This document shows positions 51,189-62,600 of a stretch of 64,000 nucleotides of DNA, in pieces. The translations under genes and the position numbers were made by a program. The number at the start of each line of letters is the position of its first letter. Positions within the stretch are counted from its first letter, which is position 1. Origin of the DNA: an uncultured Candidatus Rokubacteria bacterium. GTDB taxonomy: Bacteria > Methylomirabilota > Methylomirabilia > Rokubacteriales > CSP1-6. The notes beneath the pieces are model-generated. The model had not been told where the DNA came from and made no database searches. It worked only from the letters and a program-made list of their open reading frames with translations. Where the stretch lies: the NCBI GenBank assembly GCA_963789955.1, contig CAWBMV010000021.1, forward strand, positions 1 to 64,000. The letters run 5' to 3'.

Positions 51189-53074
51189 TCAGTCGCGCCG
51201 GCGGAATCCACGAAGTCGACGTCGGCGTGATCGACGCCGGCGAGCGTGCGATAGCCCGGACCGCGATCGAAGAACGGCAGGCGGCCGCGGGCGACGCGTA
51301 GCCGCTCGCGGAGCGCGCGGGTCGCGTCGGCATCCACTCGCGGGGCGGCCGCGGGCGACGAGCCTTCGGAGCCCGCGAGCACCACGCCGTATGTCGTCGC
51401 GCGCCGCTCGGGCGCTGATCTTTCCCTCGAGCATGTCCAGCGCGACCAGCTCCGGCTCGCGCTCGAGCGGATCGCCCCACCCGCCGCCGCCCGTCGTCTC
51501 GACGCGCACGAGCGTGCCGGCCGGGATCGGCTCGTCGTCGACGAGCCCGGGCAGCACGCGCTCGTTCGGACCGCCGGGATCGACCGTGACGCGGAACGGC
51601 GCGCCCGCCTTGCCGCCCGCGCAGGCCCCAGCACGAGAGGATCGCGCGGTCGGCGACGCACAGAAACGCGCTGTCGCGCAGCGCGCGGAACTCCTTGAGG
51701 TAGCCGAGCCCGCCGCGGCGGATGCCCGGCGCCGCCCGAGTCGGTCGCGAGCGCGAGCCGCTCGATCACGAGCGGAAACCGCGTCTCGGTGAACTCGACG
51801 GGCAGGTTCTTGCTGTCGGGGACGACGTGGATCGTGTCGGAGCCGTCGGCGTAGTAGCGCCCGCCCGAGCCGCCGCCCAGCACCTCGCGCATGAGATAGA
51901 ACTGCCCGTCGGCGTCGGCCCCGTGGAAGCCGGTGTAGCGGATCGTCTCCTGGTCGGCGGGCATGCGCCCGCCGACCGCCTTGGCGATGACACCGGCCAG
52001 GATGCCGAGCAGCCGCAGGATGACGAACGTGCGCGCGTTGGTCGGCGCCGGGAACACCGGGCGTGAGCAAGGTGCCCGGCGGTGGGAACTCGCAGCTCGA
52101 TCAGCGGAACGACGCCCTCGTTGACGTCGAGCTCGGCCATGCGCTCGGGCGTGTCGGCCAGATTCCTCAGGATCGGCGCCAGCCACTTCTTGAGGAACAC
52201 GCCGTCGGCGTAGTCGCCGGCGTGGTTGATCGGACCCTTCGCCTGCGGGCTGGTGCCGGCGAAGTCGATGATCAAGCGGTCGTCGCGCTTGGTGAGCGTC
52301 ATTCGCTGCGTGTGCAGGCGCGGCGGATCGACGCCGTCGTGCTCGGCGTAGTCTTCCCACACGTACGTGCCGTCGGGGATCTTGGCCAGGAGCTCGCGCC
52401 GGAACGTCTCGGTGGTCCGCTCGAGGATCGCGTCGAAGCACGCCTCGACGTGCTCCCGGCCGTAGCGGCGGAAGAGATCGCCCAGCCGCTCGGCGCCCAT
52501 GCGGCACGCCGCGACTTCGCTGTCGAGATCGCCGCGCAGGCTGTCGGGCAGCCGCGAGTTCCGCACCATGACCTTGATGAGGTCGTCGTTCGGCACGCCG
52601 GCCTGGTAGAGCCGCACGGGCGGGACGATCAGCCCCTCCTGGTAGGCGCTGGTCGCGTGCGAGGGCATCGAGCCGGGCACCGCGCCTCCGATGTCGTCGT
52701 GATGGCCGAACGCCTGGACGAACGCGACCACGATCCCGTCGGCGAACACCGGCACGGTCACGCACAGATCGGGCAGGTGCCCGATCCCGCCCTCGGAGCC
52801 GTAGACGTCGTTGTGGAAGAAGACGTCACCGGAGCCGCATCGTCTCGAGCGGGAAATCGCGCACGATCGGCTGGACGAGCGCGGAGTACGAGCGGCCGGT
52901 GAGCTTGCGGCACTGCCGGTCGTGGATGCCGGCGCGGAAGTCGCGCGCCTCGCGGATCATCGGCGAGCGCGACGTGCGCTCGATCGCGGCCTCGACCTCG
53001 GCCTCGACCGACGCGAGCGTGCCCTCGACGATCTGGAGGACGATCGGGTCGATCGCAGGCTCGACGCTGTTCAC
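51189..53074 (-). CDS. Hydantoinase B/oxoprolinase-family subunit (many frameshifts)
   Basis: TSRSPMIRE, GHHDDIGGAVPGS, QEGLIVPP, NLPVEFTETRFP, TGGGGWGDPLER. Confidence 0.88.
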
Positions 53075-55200
53075 GCCTGTCCCGCTACGCGGTCGCGCGT
53101 GAGGATCAGGTTGCCGAAGCGATCCGCCACGACGCGCTGGCCGGGATAGACGACCGTGGTCGCGCCGTACTCCTCGACGATCACCGGGCCGTTCAGCGTG
53201 TCACCGGGCGCGAGGCGCGTGCGCTCGTACACCGGCACTCGAGCGGCTTCTCCGCGAAGACGACCGTCCGCTTGCCGGTGAGCGCGCGCGCCGGCCGCCC
53301 ATCGCCCGGCGGGAGCTCGCGCAGCTTGGGCCGCGCGATCGGCCCGATGCCGGTGACTCGCAGATTCACCCACTCCATCGTCTGGCGGCCCGTCGTCCCG
53401 CGATCGGTCGCACGTCGGTAGCTGTAGCCGTATCGCTGCTCGTGGGCTTCGTGGAAGCGCTCTCGCGGCCACGGCTGCGCTCCGCTCGTCGATCACCCCC
53501 GCGTGGCAGCTCCACCGCGACCTCCCAGGCCTGTCCGAAGTATCGCAGATCGGCGCTGCGCTCGACGCGCATCTCGTGCTCGGCGAAGCCCTCGCGGCGA
53601 GCGCCGCGCGGGCCAGCGCTTCGAGTCGCGCGAGGTGGGCGTTCACCATCGCGTAGTCGAGACGATCGTGGCGCTGGACGAACGTCTGCACGTAGTCGTT
53701 CTTGAGGTCGACCGTGAGCAGCCCGAAGGCGGACACGTTCCCCGGCGACGAGCGGGAATCAGCGCCGCGCGCAGGCGCAGGAGATCCACGAGCCGCCCGG
53801 CCAGCAAGGGACCGGAGCCGCCGAAGGCCACGAGCGTGTAGTCGCGCGGATCGAGCCCGCGCTTGACCGACACCTGCTGGATGGCGTTGGCCTGGTTCCA
53901 GGCCGCGATCTCGAGGATGCCCTCGGCCGCGCGCGCGGGCTCGAGGCCGAGATGCGCCGCGAGTGCCGCGATCCCCTTCTCGCGCCCGCTCGACGTCGAG
54001 CTGGATTTCTCCGCCCAGCAGGCGCGGCGGGATGCGACCCAGCAGCAGGTGCGCGTCGGTCACCGTCGGCTCGGTCGCCGCCGCGCCCGTAGCACAGCGG
54101 GCCCGGATCGGCGCCCGCGCTGCGCGGGCCCGACCTTGAGCCCGCCGTCGGGCGCGATCCACGCGATGCTGCCGCCGCCGGCGCCGACGGTGACGATGTC
54201 GATCATCGGCACCTTGACCGGGAATCGGCCCACCGCGCCGTCGGTGGTGAGGCCGGGCACCCCGTGCTCGACGAGACAGACATCGGTGCTGGTGCCGCCC
54301 AGCATCCGCGGTGAGCACACGGTCGAAGCCCGCGGCCCTGGCGAGCAAGCTCGCGCCGAGCGCGCCCGCCGCGGGGCCGCTCAGGATCGTCGTGATCGGC
54401 TGCGCCGCGACTTCGCGCGCCGAGATCACCCCGCCGTTCGACTTCATCACGTAGAACGGCACGCCCGCGCGAGCTCGGTGTCGAGGCGCGCCTGGATGGC
54501 GCCCACGTAGTCGGACACGCGCGACTTCACGAACGCGTCCACGAGCGTCGTCACCGTGCGCTCGTACTCGCGGTACTCCGGCAGCACCTCGGAGGAGATC
54601 GACACGTGCGCCCCGGGATGCTCGCGCTCGAGGATCGCGCGCATGCGCTGCTCGTGCTCGGGATTGGCGTAGGCATGGATGAAGCTCACGCCGATGGAGT
54701 CGATGCCGTGTCCCGGAACCAGCGCGCCACCTCCACGGCCTGCCGCCTCGTCGAACGGGCGCAGCACCTCGCCGCGGAAATTCAGCCGCTCGGGCACCTC
54801 GCGCACCAGGTGGAGCGGAACGATGCGTTCGGGCTTGACCCAGAAGTAGGAGTTGCCGTACCCGCGCGGCACCGCCTGCCGCGCGATCTCCAGGAGGTGA
54901 CGGAAGCCCTGGGTGGTGACGAGGCCCAGCCCGGGAACCGCTCCTGGAGGAGCGCGTTGGTCGCCACGGTGGTGCCGTGGGAGACGGAGGCGACGCCGGT
55001 CGGCACCGCCGAGCTGGCGCGACGCGGTGTGGTCGACGAGGCGCAGGATCTTGTGGATCCCGTCGAGCACGCCGACCGACGGGTCGTGGGGCGTCGACGG
55101 TGTCTTGGTCGTGAAGATCTCGCCGGTGCGCCTCGTCAACGGCGACGACGTCGGTGAACGTGCCGCCGGTGTCGATGCCGATCCGGAGGAGGCGACTCAC
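53071..55200 (-). CDS. Hydantoinase A/oxoprolinase-family subunit (many frameshifts)
   Basis: GIDTGGTFTD, HGTTVATNALL, EYREYER, SGPAAG, GGTSTD, GAGGGSIA, AFGGSG. Confidence 0.88.
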   Translation of the reverse strand: MSRLLRIGIDTGGTFTDVVAVDEAHRRDLHDQDTVDAPRPVGRRARRDPQDPAPRRPHRVAPARRCRPASPPSPTAPPWRPTRSSRSGSRAGPRHHPGLPSPPGDRAAGGAARVRQLLLLGQARTHRSAPPGARGARAAEFPRRGAAPVRRGGRPWRWRAGSGTRHRLHRRELHPCLRQSRARAAHARDPRARASRGARVDLLRGAAGVPRVRAHGDDARGRVREVARVRLRGRHPGAPRHRARAGVPFYVMKSNGGVISAREVAAQPITTILSGPAAGALGASLLARAAGFDRVLTADAGRHQHRCLSRRARGARPHHRRRGGPIPGQGADDRHRHRRRRRRQHRVDRARRRAQGRARAARAPIRARCATGAAATEPTVTDAHLLLGRIPPRLLGGEIQLDVERAREGDRGTRGASRPRARARGRGHPRDRGLEPGQRHPAGVGQARARSARLHARGLRRLRSLAGRAARGSPAPARGADSRSSPGNVSAFGLLTVDLKNDYVQTFVQRHDRLDYAMVNAHLARLEALARAALAARASPSTRCASSAAPICDTSDRPGRSRWSCHAGVIDERSAAVAARALPRSPRAAIRLQLPTCDRSRDDGPPDDGVGESASHRHRADRAAQAARAPAGRWAAGARAHRQADGRLRGEAARVPVYERTRLAPGDTLNGPVIVEEYGATTVVYPGQRVVADRFGNLILTRDRVAGQA

Positions 55201-55284
55201 AGCTGGCTCGGTTCCTTTGGTCGAGATACGCGGCCGTCGACGCGCGCTCGTTCGGCCAGAGTATATGAAGCGGGAGTTGAGCGG

Positions 55285-55626
55285 TCAAACGTCGCGACGC
55301 GCGAACTGTACGATCACCTTGGCCACCAGCTCGCCGTCCTGGGTGACCTCGCCCTCGGCGACCGCCAGTCGTTTTCCCTTTCGCAACACCCTACCCTTGC
55401 CGACGAGCGGAGCTCGCCGGGCCCGTGAAGGCAGATGCACGGTGACCGTTGCCGGCACCACCGGCGCCTCCACCGCGCGCGCCGCCGAGATCTCTCCCAA
55501 TGCGGTGAGGACGGCGAAATGACCCACGTCCGGAGCGATCTCATGCTCCGGCCGCGGATCGAGGACCAGCGAGCCGGGCTCGTCTCCAGGGCGCACGCCG
55601 AGGGTGGCGTTGAAGTCGTTCGCCAC
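55285..55626 (-). CDS. PaaI-like hotdog-fold thioesterase
   Basis: GRVLRKGKRLAVAEGEV C-terminal pattern. AAGGAG SD. Confidence 0.7.
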   Translation of the reverse strand: MANDFNATLGVRPGDEPGSLVLDPRPEHEIAPDVGHFAVLTALGEISAARAVEAPVVPATVTVHLPSRARRAPLVGKGRVLRKGKRLAVAEGEVTQDGELVAKVIVQFARRDV

Positions 55627-55642
55627 GCGCGTTCTCCTTCCG

Positions 55643-56557
55643 CTAGCTCGGGAAGAATCGGGCCGCGGTGAAGTTCAGGATTCGATCCAGACCCGCCTGG
55701 GGGAACTTCTGCTTCATGGCGGCAATGAGCTCCCCCGCGTTGTGGGATGCCGCCAGGGCCGCCTCGAATTCGACGAGATAGGCCGTGTTGAACGTGAGCA
55801 CGTCCGGAGCGTCGGGAAGCTCGGGGTGGTTCTTGTGTCCGGCCACGACGATGCGCGGATTTCGCTCCTGGACCAGGCGAAGGGTCTCTTGCCAGGCCTT
55901 CCGGGATCCCGCATCCGTCGCCCGGAGCGAGAGGTGCACCTGGTTGAACGCGATGTCTCCGACGATCGCGGCGGCCAGAGAAGGAACCCAGACGACATTG
56001 TTCCGCGGCCCGGGCCCCACATCGCCCTGCAAGCCCGCGATGACGTCCACGGACTGACCGTCCACGGTGAAATGGGTGCCCGGCCACGGCTGCGGGATCA
56101 GGATATCCGTGGGAATCGTCTCGGCCCCGAAGCGCGCGCGGATCTGGGCCACCGTGTTGGCCAGGTCACCCTTGATGTACTCGATATCCGAAGCGCTCGC
56201 GTAAACAGGCGTGCCCGGAAAGCGCCTGAGTAGCACCGAGGCGCCATAGAAGTGATCGAAGTGTGGATGCGTGACGAGAATGGCCTTGAGGCGCCGCCCC
56301 TTTCCGGCGATGCGGTCGGCCAGCTTTTCCGCGTCGCTGATCCGGAACTGCGTATCGACGAGGATCGCCTCGGTGTCGCCATAGACGAGGGTCGAGGTCA
56401 CGCCGATCCCCTGGGCGTCCGCGGTGTAGATATCGAGCGCGAGCGGCGTCGATGCTGCGCGGGCGATGCGGCTGCCGCCGCCGGTGCACACGATGGCGAT
56501 CGCGACGATGACCGTCGCGCCGAGGAGCCCGAGCGTACGCAGGTTGTACCGGTTCAT
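55643..56557 (-). CDS. Secreted MBL-fold metallo-hydrolase
   Basis: ILVDTQF, THPHFDH (HxHxDH), GDIAFN, VVAGH. Signal peptide. Confidence 0.88.
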   Translation of the reverse strand: MNRYNLRTLGLLGATVIVAIAIVCTGGGSRIARAASTPLALDIYTADAQGIGVTSTLVYGDTEAILVDTQFRISDAEKLADRIAGKGRRLKAILVTHPHFDHFYGASVLLRRFPGTPVYASASDIEYIKGDLANTVAQIRARFGAETIPTDILIPQPWPGTHFTVDGQSVDVIAGLQGDVGPGPRNNVVWVPSLAAAIVGDIAFNQVHLSLRATDAGSRKAWQETLRLVQERNPRIVVAGHKNHPELPDAPDVLTFNTAYLVEFEAALAASHNAGELIAAMKQKFPQAGLDRILNFTAARFFPS

Positions 56558-56677
56558 ATTGAGGATCCTTTCTGGCGGAGCGTGAGGCCTCGCTTCAGCG
56601 TGCAGTATCATTCCGGCATGCCGCGCTCTCAATGCCCGAACGGCCGAGTTCCATGTCCATTCGTTCTCGGATCGGTC

Positions 56678-57606
56678 ATGTTTGACGTACTCACGGACGT
56701 GCTGGAGCAAGTCCGGCTGGCAGGGACGCTCTACTTCAGCGCCGAGCTACGCGCGCCCTGGGGAGTGAGCGTACGGCCGGAGGGCCGAGCGCCGTTCTAC
56801 ATCGTGGCCCGCGGCGGCTGCCTCCTGGAGGTCGACGGCGAGCCGGGAGCGCTCACCTTGGCCGCGGGAGACCTCGCTCTGCTGCCCCGCGCGCATCCGC
56901 ATATCATTCGCTCAGACGCGAAAGCGCCGCCCGTTCCATTCGGCAGATTCGTGAAGGAGCATCCGATGGACGAGCGCGGGTTCGTTCAGTGCGACGGCGG
57001 CAAGGGCCCGACCTCGACGCTCGTGGGCGGCTTCTTCCTGTCCCAGGAGCTCGAAGCGACGCCGTTGCTCTCGGCGCTGCCGGCCGTCGTCCATCTCCGA
57101 GCGGATGATCGCGATGTCGGGAGCTGGCTCGAGCCGACGCTGCGCTACATCGGGGTAGAGATGAGCTCGCGTACGCATGGCTCACGCTCTGTACTCAACC
57201 GGCTCGCCGACATCCTGTTCATCCAGGCGGTGCGCACCGTTCTGAGCACGGGCGCGCCCGTCCACGCGGGATGGCTCAAGGGCCTGAGCGACGGACAGGT
57301 GGCGAGAGCGCTGGCGCTGATGCACGAGCACTACGCCAAACCGTGGACGCTGACCTCGCTCGCCCGCGAGATCGGCACCTCGCGGACGGTTCTGGCATCG
57401 CGATTCCGGACGCTGGTCGGCGTGTCGCCCATGGCCTACCTCACACGATGGCGGATGCTCCACGCCGCCAGGCTGCTGCGCGAGCCACGCGCAGGCGTGG
57501 CTCAGGTCGCCGAGAAAGTCGGCTACACGTCCGAGGCGGCCTTCGCGAAGGCCTTCAAGCGGACCTGGGGCGGACGCCCGGAAAGGTCAGGCGACCGCCC
57601 CAGTGA
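56678..57606 (+). CDS. AraC-family regulator with cupin domain (frameshift near 3' end)
   Basis: DVLTDVL, APWG, WTLTSLA, YLTRWRM, VGYTSEAAFAKAFKR. Confidence 0.92.
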
Positions 57607-57618
57607 CCGCGACGTCGC

Positions 57619-58767
57619 TCAGCGCATGTTGCCGGTGTGGCCGAGCGAGTAGCGACCGGGCTGTGGCCACACGGTGAGGCCGTGCGGCTCCTTGCCCACG
57701 GGAATCGTGACGACCTCGCCCGAGGTCGTGTCGATCACGTACACGACGTTGTCGTAGCGCCCCGAGAGCCAGAGTCGTTTGCCATCGGCGCTCACGTTGC
57801 CCATGTCGGGGCTGCCGCCGTTCGGGATCTTCCACGTCGTGACCACCTGGCGCGTGGCGAAGTCGAGCACGGCGACGCTGCCGGGGCCCTTCGGCTTGCC
57901 ACCGATCACGGACGAGCCGCGGTTGGCGACGTAGAGCTTCGTCCCGTCGCGGCTGGGATAGAGGCCGTGCGTGCCGACGCCGGTCTTGACGAAGCCGATT
58001 TCCTTGAACGCGTCGCCGTCGATCAGATAGACGCCGCCGCGCTTGAGCTCGGCCACGTAGAAGACCTTGCCGTCGGGACTGATGCGGATGTCCTGGGGAA
58101 TGCCACCGCCCGATAGCTTGAGGTAGCCGAGCACCTTGCGGTTGATCCAGTCGATCTTCACGAGCCGGCCCTGGTACTCGCAGGTCATCAGCAGGTACTT
58201 GCCGTCGATCGAGTAGTCGCCGTGGTTGATGCCGGCGCACCCGGGCGCCGCCACCGAGCCCTGAAGCGCCATCGTCTTCGGATCGCGAAAGTCGAGGCGC
58301 TTGAGCGCTTCGGCGACGACGATCGCCGAGCGCCCGTCCGGCGTGAAGTACATGTTGTACGGATCGTCGACGGCAACGGGCGGGCCCGGCTTGCCCGTGA
58401 CCGGGTCGATCGGGGTCAAGGTACCGTCGGTACGGTGCTCGGCATTGTTGGTGACCCACAGGGTGGTGAGGTCCCAGGACGGCACGACGTGCTGCGGATT
58501 CACGCCCACGGGAAATTTGTCGATCACCTTGAGCGTCGCCGGATCGATCACGCTGACGTCGTTGGATTGCAGATTGGGCACGTACACGCGCGGCAGCGCC
58601 TTGGCGACCGCGGGGCTGAGCTTATCGGCCGTCGTCTCGCTGTAGAGGTTGGCCGGATCGGTGACGGGTGGCATTCCAGGTACGGTCTCGATGGCCGCCA
58701 CGGCTGCGGCGGTGACGACGAGGAGACCGAGCGCAAGCGCAAGCCTCGTGAGAGGAATTATTGGCAC
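57619..58767 (-). CDS. YncE/YVTN-type beta-propeller protein, secreted
   Basis: Repeats VSVIDP, PQHVVPSWD, PYNMYFTPDG, PQDIRISPDG, IPVGKEPHG. Ends GRYSLGHTGNMR. Confidence 0.88.
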   Translation of the reverse strand: MPIIPLTRLALALGLLVVTAAAVAAIETVPGMPPVTDPANLYSETTADKLSPAVAKALPRVYVPNLQSNDVSVIDPATLKVIDKFPVGVNPQHVVPSWDLTTLWVTNNAEHRTDGTLTPIDPVTGKPGPPVAVDDPYNMYFTPDGRSAIVVAEALKRLDFRDPKTMALQGSVAAPGCAGINHGDYSIDGKYLLMTCEYQGRLVKIDWINRKVLGYLKLSGGGIPQDIRISPDGKVFYVAELKRGGVYLIDGDAFKEIGFVKTGVGTHGLYPSRDGTKLYVANRGSSVIGGKPKGPGSVAVLDFATRQVVTTWKIPNGGSPDMGNVSADGKRLWLSGRYDNVVYVIDTTSGEVVTIPVGKEPHGLTVWPQPGRYSLGHTGNMR

Positions 58768-58771
58768 GCTT

Positions 58772-59581
58772 TCACCTCTTTGAGGTTTCGATTGATTTTC
58801 GAATCGCACTGACTGACTTGCTGACGATCAGGTCGACGCCGAGCTGGCCCAGCTCGGCGCTGGCCCGCTTGGGATCGCCCTCGACGCCGCTGGCCTCGCC
58901 GGCTGCCGGCTCCACGCGCGACGTGCTGCGAACCAGCCGCGGCTCGAGTGCCAGCGTGAGCGAGGTGTCGGCGAGGCCCGCGTGCTGACCGATCTCTTCA
59001 GCCCGGTAGCCGCGTGTTTTCAGTAACGCATCGTAGTCGGCCGTCGCGGCGCGATAGTACTCCTCCACGGCGTGTACGCGGACTGGTGACGCCGCCCACT
59101 CGCGGTTGAGGCGAGCGGCGACGGCTCGCTCGCCGGCCTGGGTCGAGCCGTGATCACCGAGAAACACGATGTCGCGAAAGCCGTGATGGCGGAAGCTCCG
59201 CGCCGCGGACTCGAGTGTCTGACGAAATGTCTCCTCGCGCACCGTGATCGTCCCCGGAAACCGCATGTGGCCGGTCGGCGGCTCGATCGAGCCTTCGGGA
59301 ACGTACGCCACGACCGGCGCGACGATCGCATTACCGAGCTCACGCGCGATCCGCTCGGCCAGCGCCTTGACCCGTGCGTTGTGCTTGCCCAGCGCCATGT
59401 GAGGGCCGTTCTGCTCGGTGCCGCCGATGGGCAGGAGCACCGTCGTCTTGCCGGCGCGGACGAGAGCCCGAAGCTCGGTCCACGTCAGATCCTCGAGCAG
59501 GATCGTATCAGGGGGCTGTGCGTGGGCCGGCGTGGTCAGAGCCAGGGCGAGACAGAGCGCCGCCAGGCGTGACGTCCTCAC
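58772..59581 (-). CDS. Creatininase-family protein with signal peptide
   Basis: LEDLTWTE, GGTEQNGPHMALGKHN, GDHG, HAGLADTS. Confidence 0.88.
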   Translation of the reverse strand: MRTSRLAALCLALALTTPAHAQPPDTILLEDLTWTELRALVRAGKTTVLLPIGGTEQNGPHMALGKHNARVKALAERIARELGNAIVAPVVAYVPEGSIEPPTGHMRFPGTITVREETFRQTLESAARSFRHHGFRDIVFLGDHGSTQAGERAVAARLNREWAASPVRVHAVEEYYRAATADYDALLKTRGYRAEEIGQHAGLADTSLTLALEPRLVRSTSRVEPAAGEASGVEGDPKRASAELGQLGVDLIVSKSVSAIRKSIETSKR

Positions 59582-59652
59582 CCTTCGTACTTAGCGCACC
59601 GGGGCGCGTAGCGTCTAGAAATTAGTCTTCGTTGGCAGCGAAGTTCGTTCGA

Positions 59653-62600
59653 TCAGTACGTCATGCCGATCTCGCGATATCTGGCGGTCGCGATGGCCAT
59701 GTGCTCGTGAGCCGCCTCACCCGGGCCCGTGCGCCGGTACAGCTTGCCCAGACCGAGGTGGCAGTGAGCGACGAGGGGGCGCATCGCGCCCGGCTCGGCG
59801 AGCGCCAGCGCCTTGCGATAGTGGGCCTCGCCTCGTGAGGCGTCGAACTGGTCGGGATGCGTGGCGATATCGCCGAGCAGCTGGTGGGCATGGGCCGCGC
59901 ACCCGCGCTGAGACGGAGAATGCGTGAGAGCGCGGTCGGCCAGCCGGTACGCCTCGTCGAGCTGGTCGAGCCGCAGGGCGGCCCGACCCAGCGCATAGCA
60001 GGCTTCTCCGTGGATCCCGACGATGCCTCGCCCCGCCTCACGCTCGAGAAGGTGCTCGCCCTCGCGCAGGAGGGCCAGCGCCTCGCCGGCCTCGCCGACC
60101 TGCGCCAGCGCCCAGGCCGAGCACGCGACGGCATGAGGAAGGTTGAGGACGACGTTGCCCGTCCGGTACGCCGCCAGCCCTTGCTCGACCAGTGCGCGCG
60201 CCTGCGTCCAATCAGCTTTGAGAAGGTGAAGCCAGCCGGCGGCCAGGTACGCCATCCCGACGGGGTAGGCATGACGCGTCGGCTCGGCAAGCCGCAGCGC
60301 CTCGGTCTTGTACTGCAGAGCCTCGTCGAACCGGCCGAGCTGAGCGAGCCCCCTGACGAGGAGATAGCGATCGTAGATGGACAACGGCATCGCGGCCCCG
60401 AACGACTCGTAGCTCGAGGTCGCGGGCAGCGCCGCGAGGTTATCCATCATGAGCTCGACCACGCGCTCGTACTCACCGCGGAAGTAATTGGCTTGCGCGA
60501 GATAGGTCGCGGTCAGGAGGCGCAGGCTCAGGTCGCCGCGGCGCCGGGCGATCCGCAGCGCGCGCGCGCCGGTCGCCAGCGCCTCCTCCAGCTCGCCGAG
60601 CTGAGAATGGGCGTTCGTCATGACCGCGCAGACCCGACCTCGCCGGCCGTCGTCGTTCAACGCTTCGGCGATGGCCTCGGCCTCGCGCAGGCGCTGCATC
60701 ACACGCGGATACTCACCGAGCTGGCCCAGCAGCGGCCGCAGCTCGAGGCGGATCTCGAAACCCTGCTCGAGCGTGGACGGGCTCTCCGGCAAGGTCGCGA
60801 GGATCTCCAGCGCCTGCTCGAACCAGCTGCGGGCTTCCGGGAGCGCCGACCGCGCAGCGGCTTTCAGTCCCGCCTGCCGCAGATAGGGCACCGCTTTGTC
60901 CCACACTTCGCCGCGAACCGCATGGTGCGCGAGCCGTTCGATCTGCTCGCCGAGGCGATCGCGATGGAGCACCTCGATCGCGTCCACGAGACGTCGCGTG
61001 AAGATCGCGACGCCGCTCCTGCAGGAGGCCCCCGTACGTGACCTCGTGCGTGAGCGAGTGCTTGAACGTGTACTCGAGATCCGGGAACAGTCGCGTCTCG
61101 TAGAGCAGCTCGGCCGCCTGCAGATGCGCGAGCCCGCGCCGCAGCTCTTCTTCAGCGAGGTCGGCCACCGCCAGCAGAAGCGCGAACGGCACGCCCTTGC
61201 CGATGACCGCGGCCGCCTGGAGCAGCCGTTTGTCCTCGGGCGACAGACGATCGATGCGCGCGGCGAGGATCGCCTGGACCGACGTCGGCACCTGGGCCGC
61301 CGTGGCGTCGCGGGCGAGCTGATAGGCCCCGCGTTCGCCGACGAGGGCCTTGGTCTCCACCAGCGCGCGCACGCTCTCCTCGAGGAACAACGGGTTACCT
61401 TCGGTCCGGGTCACGAGCGTGCGCTTGAGCGCGTCGAGGCTCGTGTCGGTGCCGAGCACGCTCGTGAGGAGATCGTCGGCGCCCCGTTCCGGCAGAGGGT
61501 CCAGGCGCAGCTGCCGGTAGTAGGTCTTGCTCCCCCACCCGTGCTGGTGCTCCGGCCGGTAGTTCACGAGCAGCAGCAGCCGAGCGGTCGGGAGGCTCTC
61601 GACGAGGCTATCCAGCACCGCCTCGGTCTCGGCATCGATCCATTGCAAGTCCTCGACGAGCAGCAGGAGCGGCTGCACCTGACTCTCTCGCAGCAGCAAT
61701 CCCTTTCACGGCCTCCATGGTCCGCTGCCGGCGCTGGGAGGGATCGAGCCGGGCCCACGCGGCATCCTCGACCGGCACGTCGAGCAACGCGAGCAGTGCC
61801 GAGAGAGCGGGCTCCAGAGCTCGGTCGAGCGACAGGACCTTGCCGGTCACCTTTTCGCGGATGGTCCGTGTCTCGTGCCGCTCTTCGATGCGGAAATACG
61901 CCTTGAGCAGATCGATGATCGGGAGATAGGCCGTGGCCTTGCCGTAGGAAGCCGAGCCGCTCTCCAGCACGTGGCAGCCTTGCAAGCGATGGGAGTGCGT
62001 GAACTCCCAGTACAGGCGAGATTTGCCGACCCCGGGCTCGCCGACCACCGCGACCACCTGGCCGTGTCCGCCCTGGGCGCTTTCCAGCGCCTGATGGAGC
62101 TGCTCGATCTCGCTGTCGCGCCCGACAAAGCGGGTCAAACCGCGGGCGGCGGCGGCGTGCAATCGTGAGCGGACCGCGCCGGGCCCGACGATCTCGTAGA
62201 CTTCGATCGGCTCCGAGAGGCCCTTCACCGGGACCGGCCCTCGCGACGTGACCTGGATGTAGCCCTCGGCGAGCTGCAACGTCATCGGTGCCAGCAGGAT
62301 GCTGCCGGGTGCCGCCAGCTGCTCGACGCGAGACGCGAGATGGGTCGTCTGGCCCACGGCGGTGTAGTCCATTTGCAGATCGGAGCCGATGGCTCGAACG
62401 ACCACGCCGCCCGAGTTGATGCCGACACGAATCTGGATGAGGACGCCGTGCGAGCGGAACATCTCGTCGGCGTGACGCTTGACCGACTCCTGCATCCTGA
62501 GCGCCGCGTAGCACGCGCGCACGGCGTGATCCTCGTGCGCCACCGGCGCTCCGAAGAGCGCCATGATTCCGTCGCCCAGCACCTGGTTCACCGTCCCCTC

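Noticed and set aside
9124..59581. Mycofactocin or F420 pathway suggested by the PPOX, creatininase, GMC and SDR genes
   Set aside because: The genes are scattered, and no precursor peptide, radical SAM or F420 biosynthesis gene was seen.
59620..59660. TGA after ...EIGMTY in the second cyclase gene as a third Sec codon
   Set aside because: This family usually continues with Trp (MTYW). A missing G (TGG ATC read as TGA TC) restores a short C-terminus. There is no Cys context and no GGGT hairpin.
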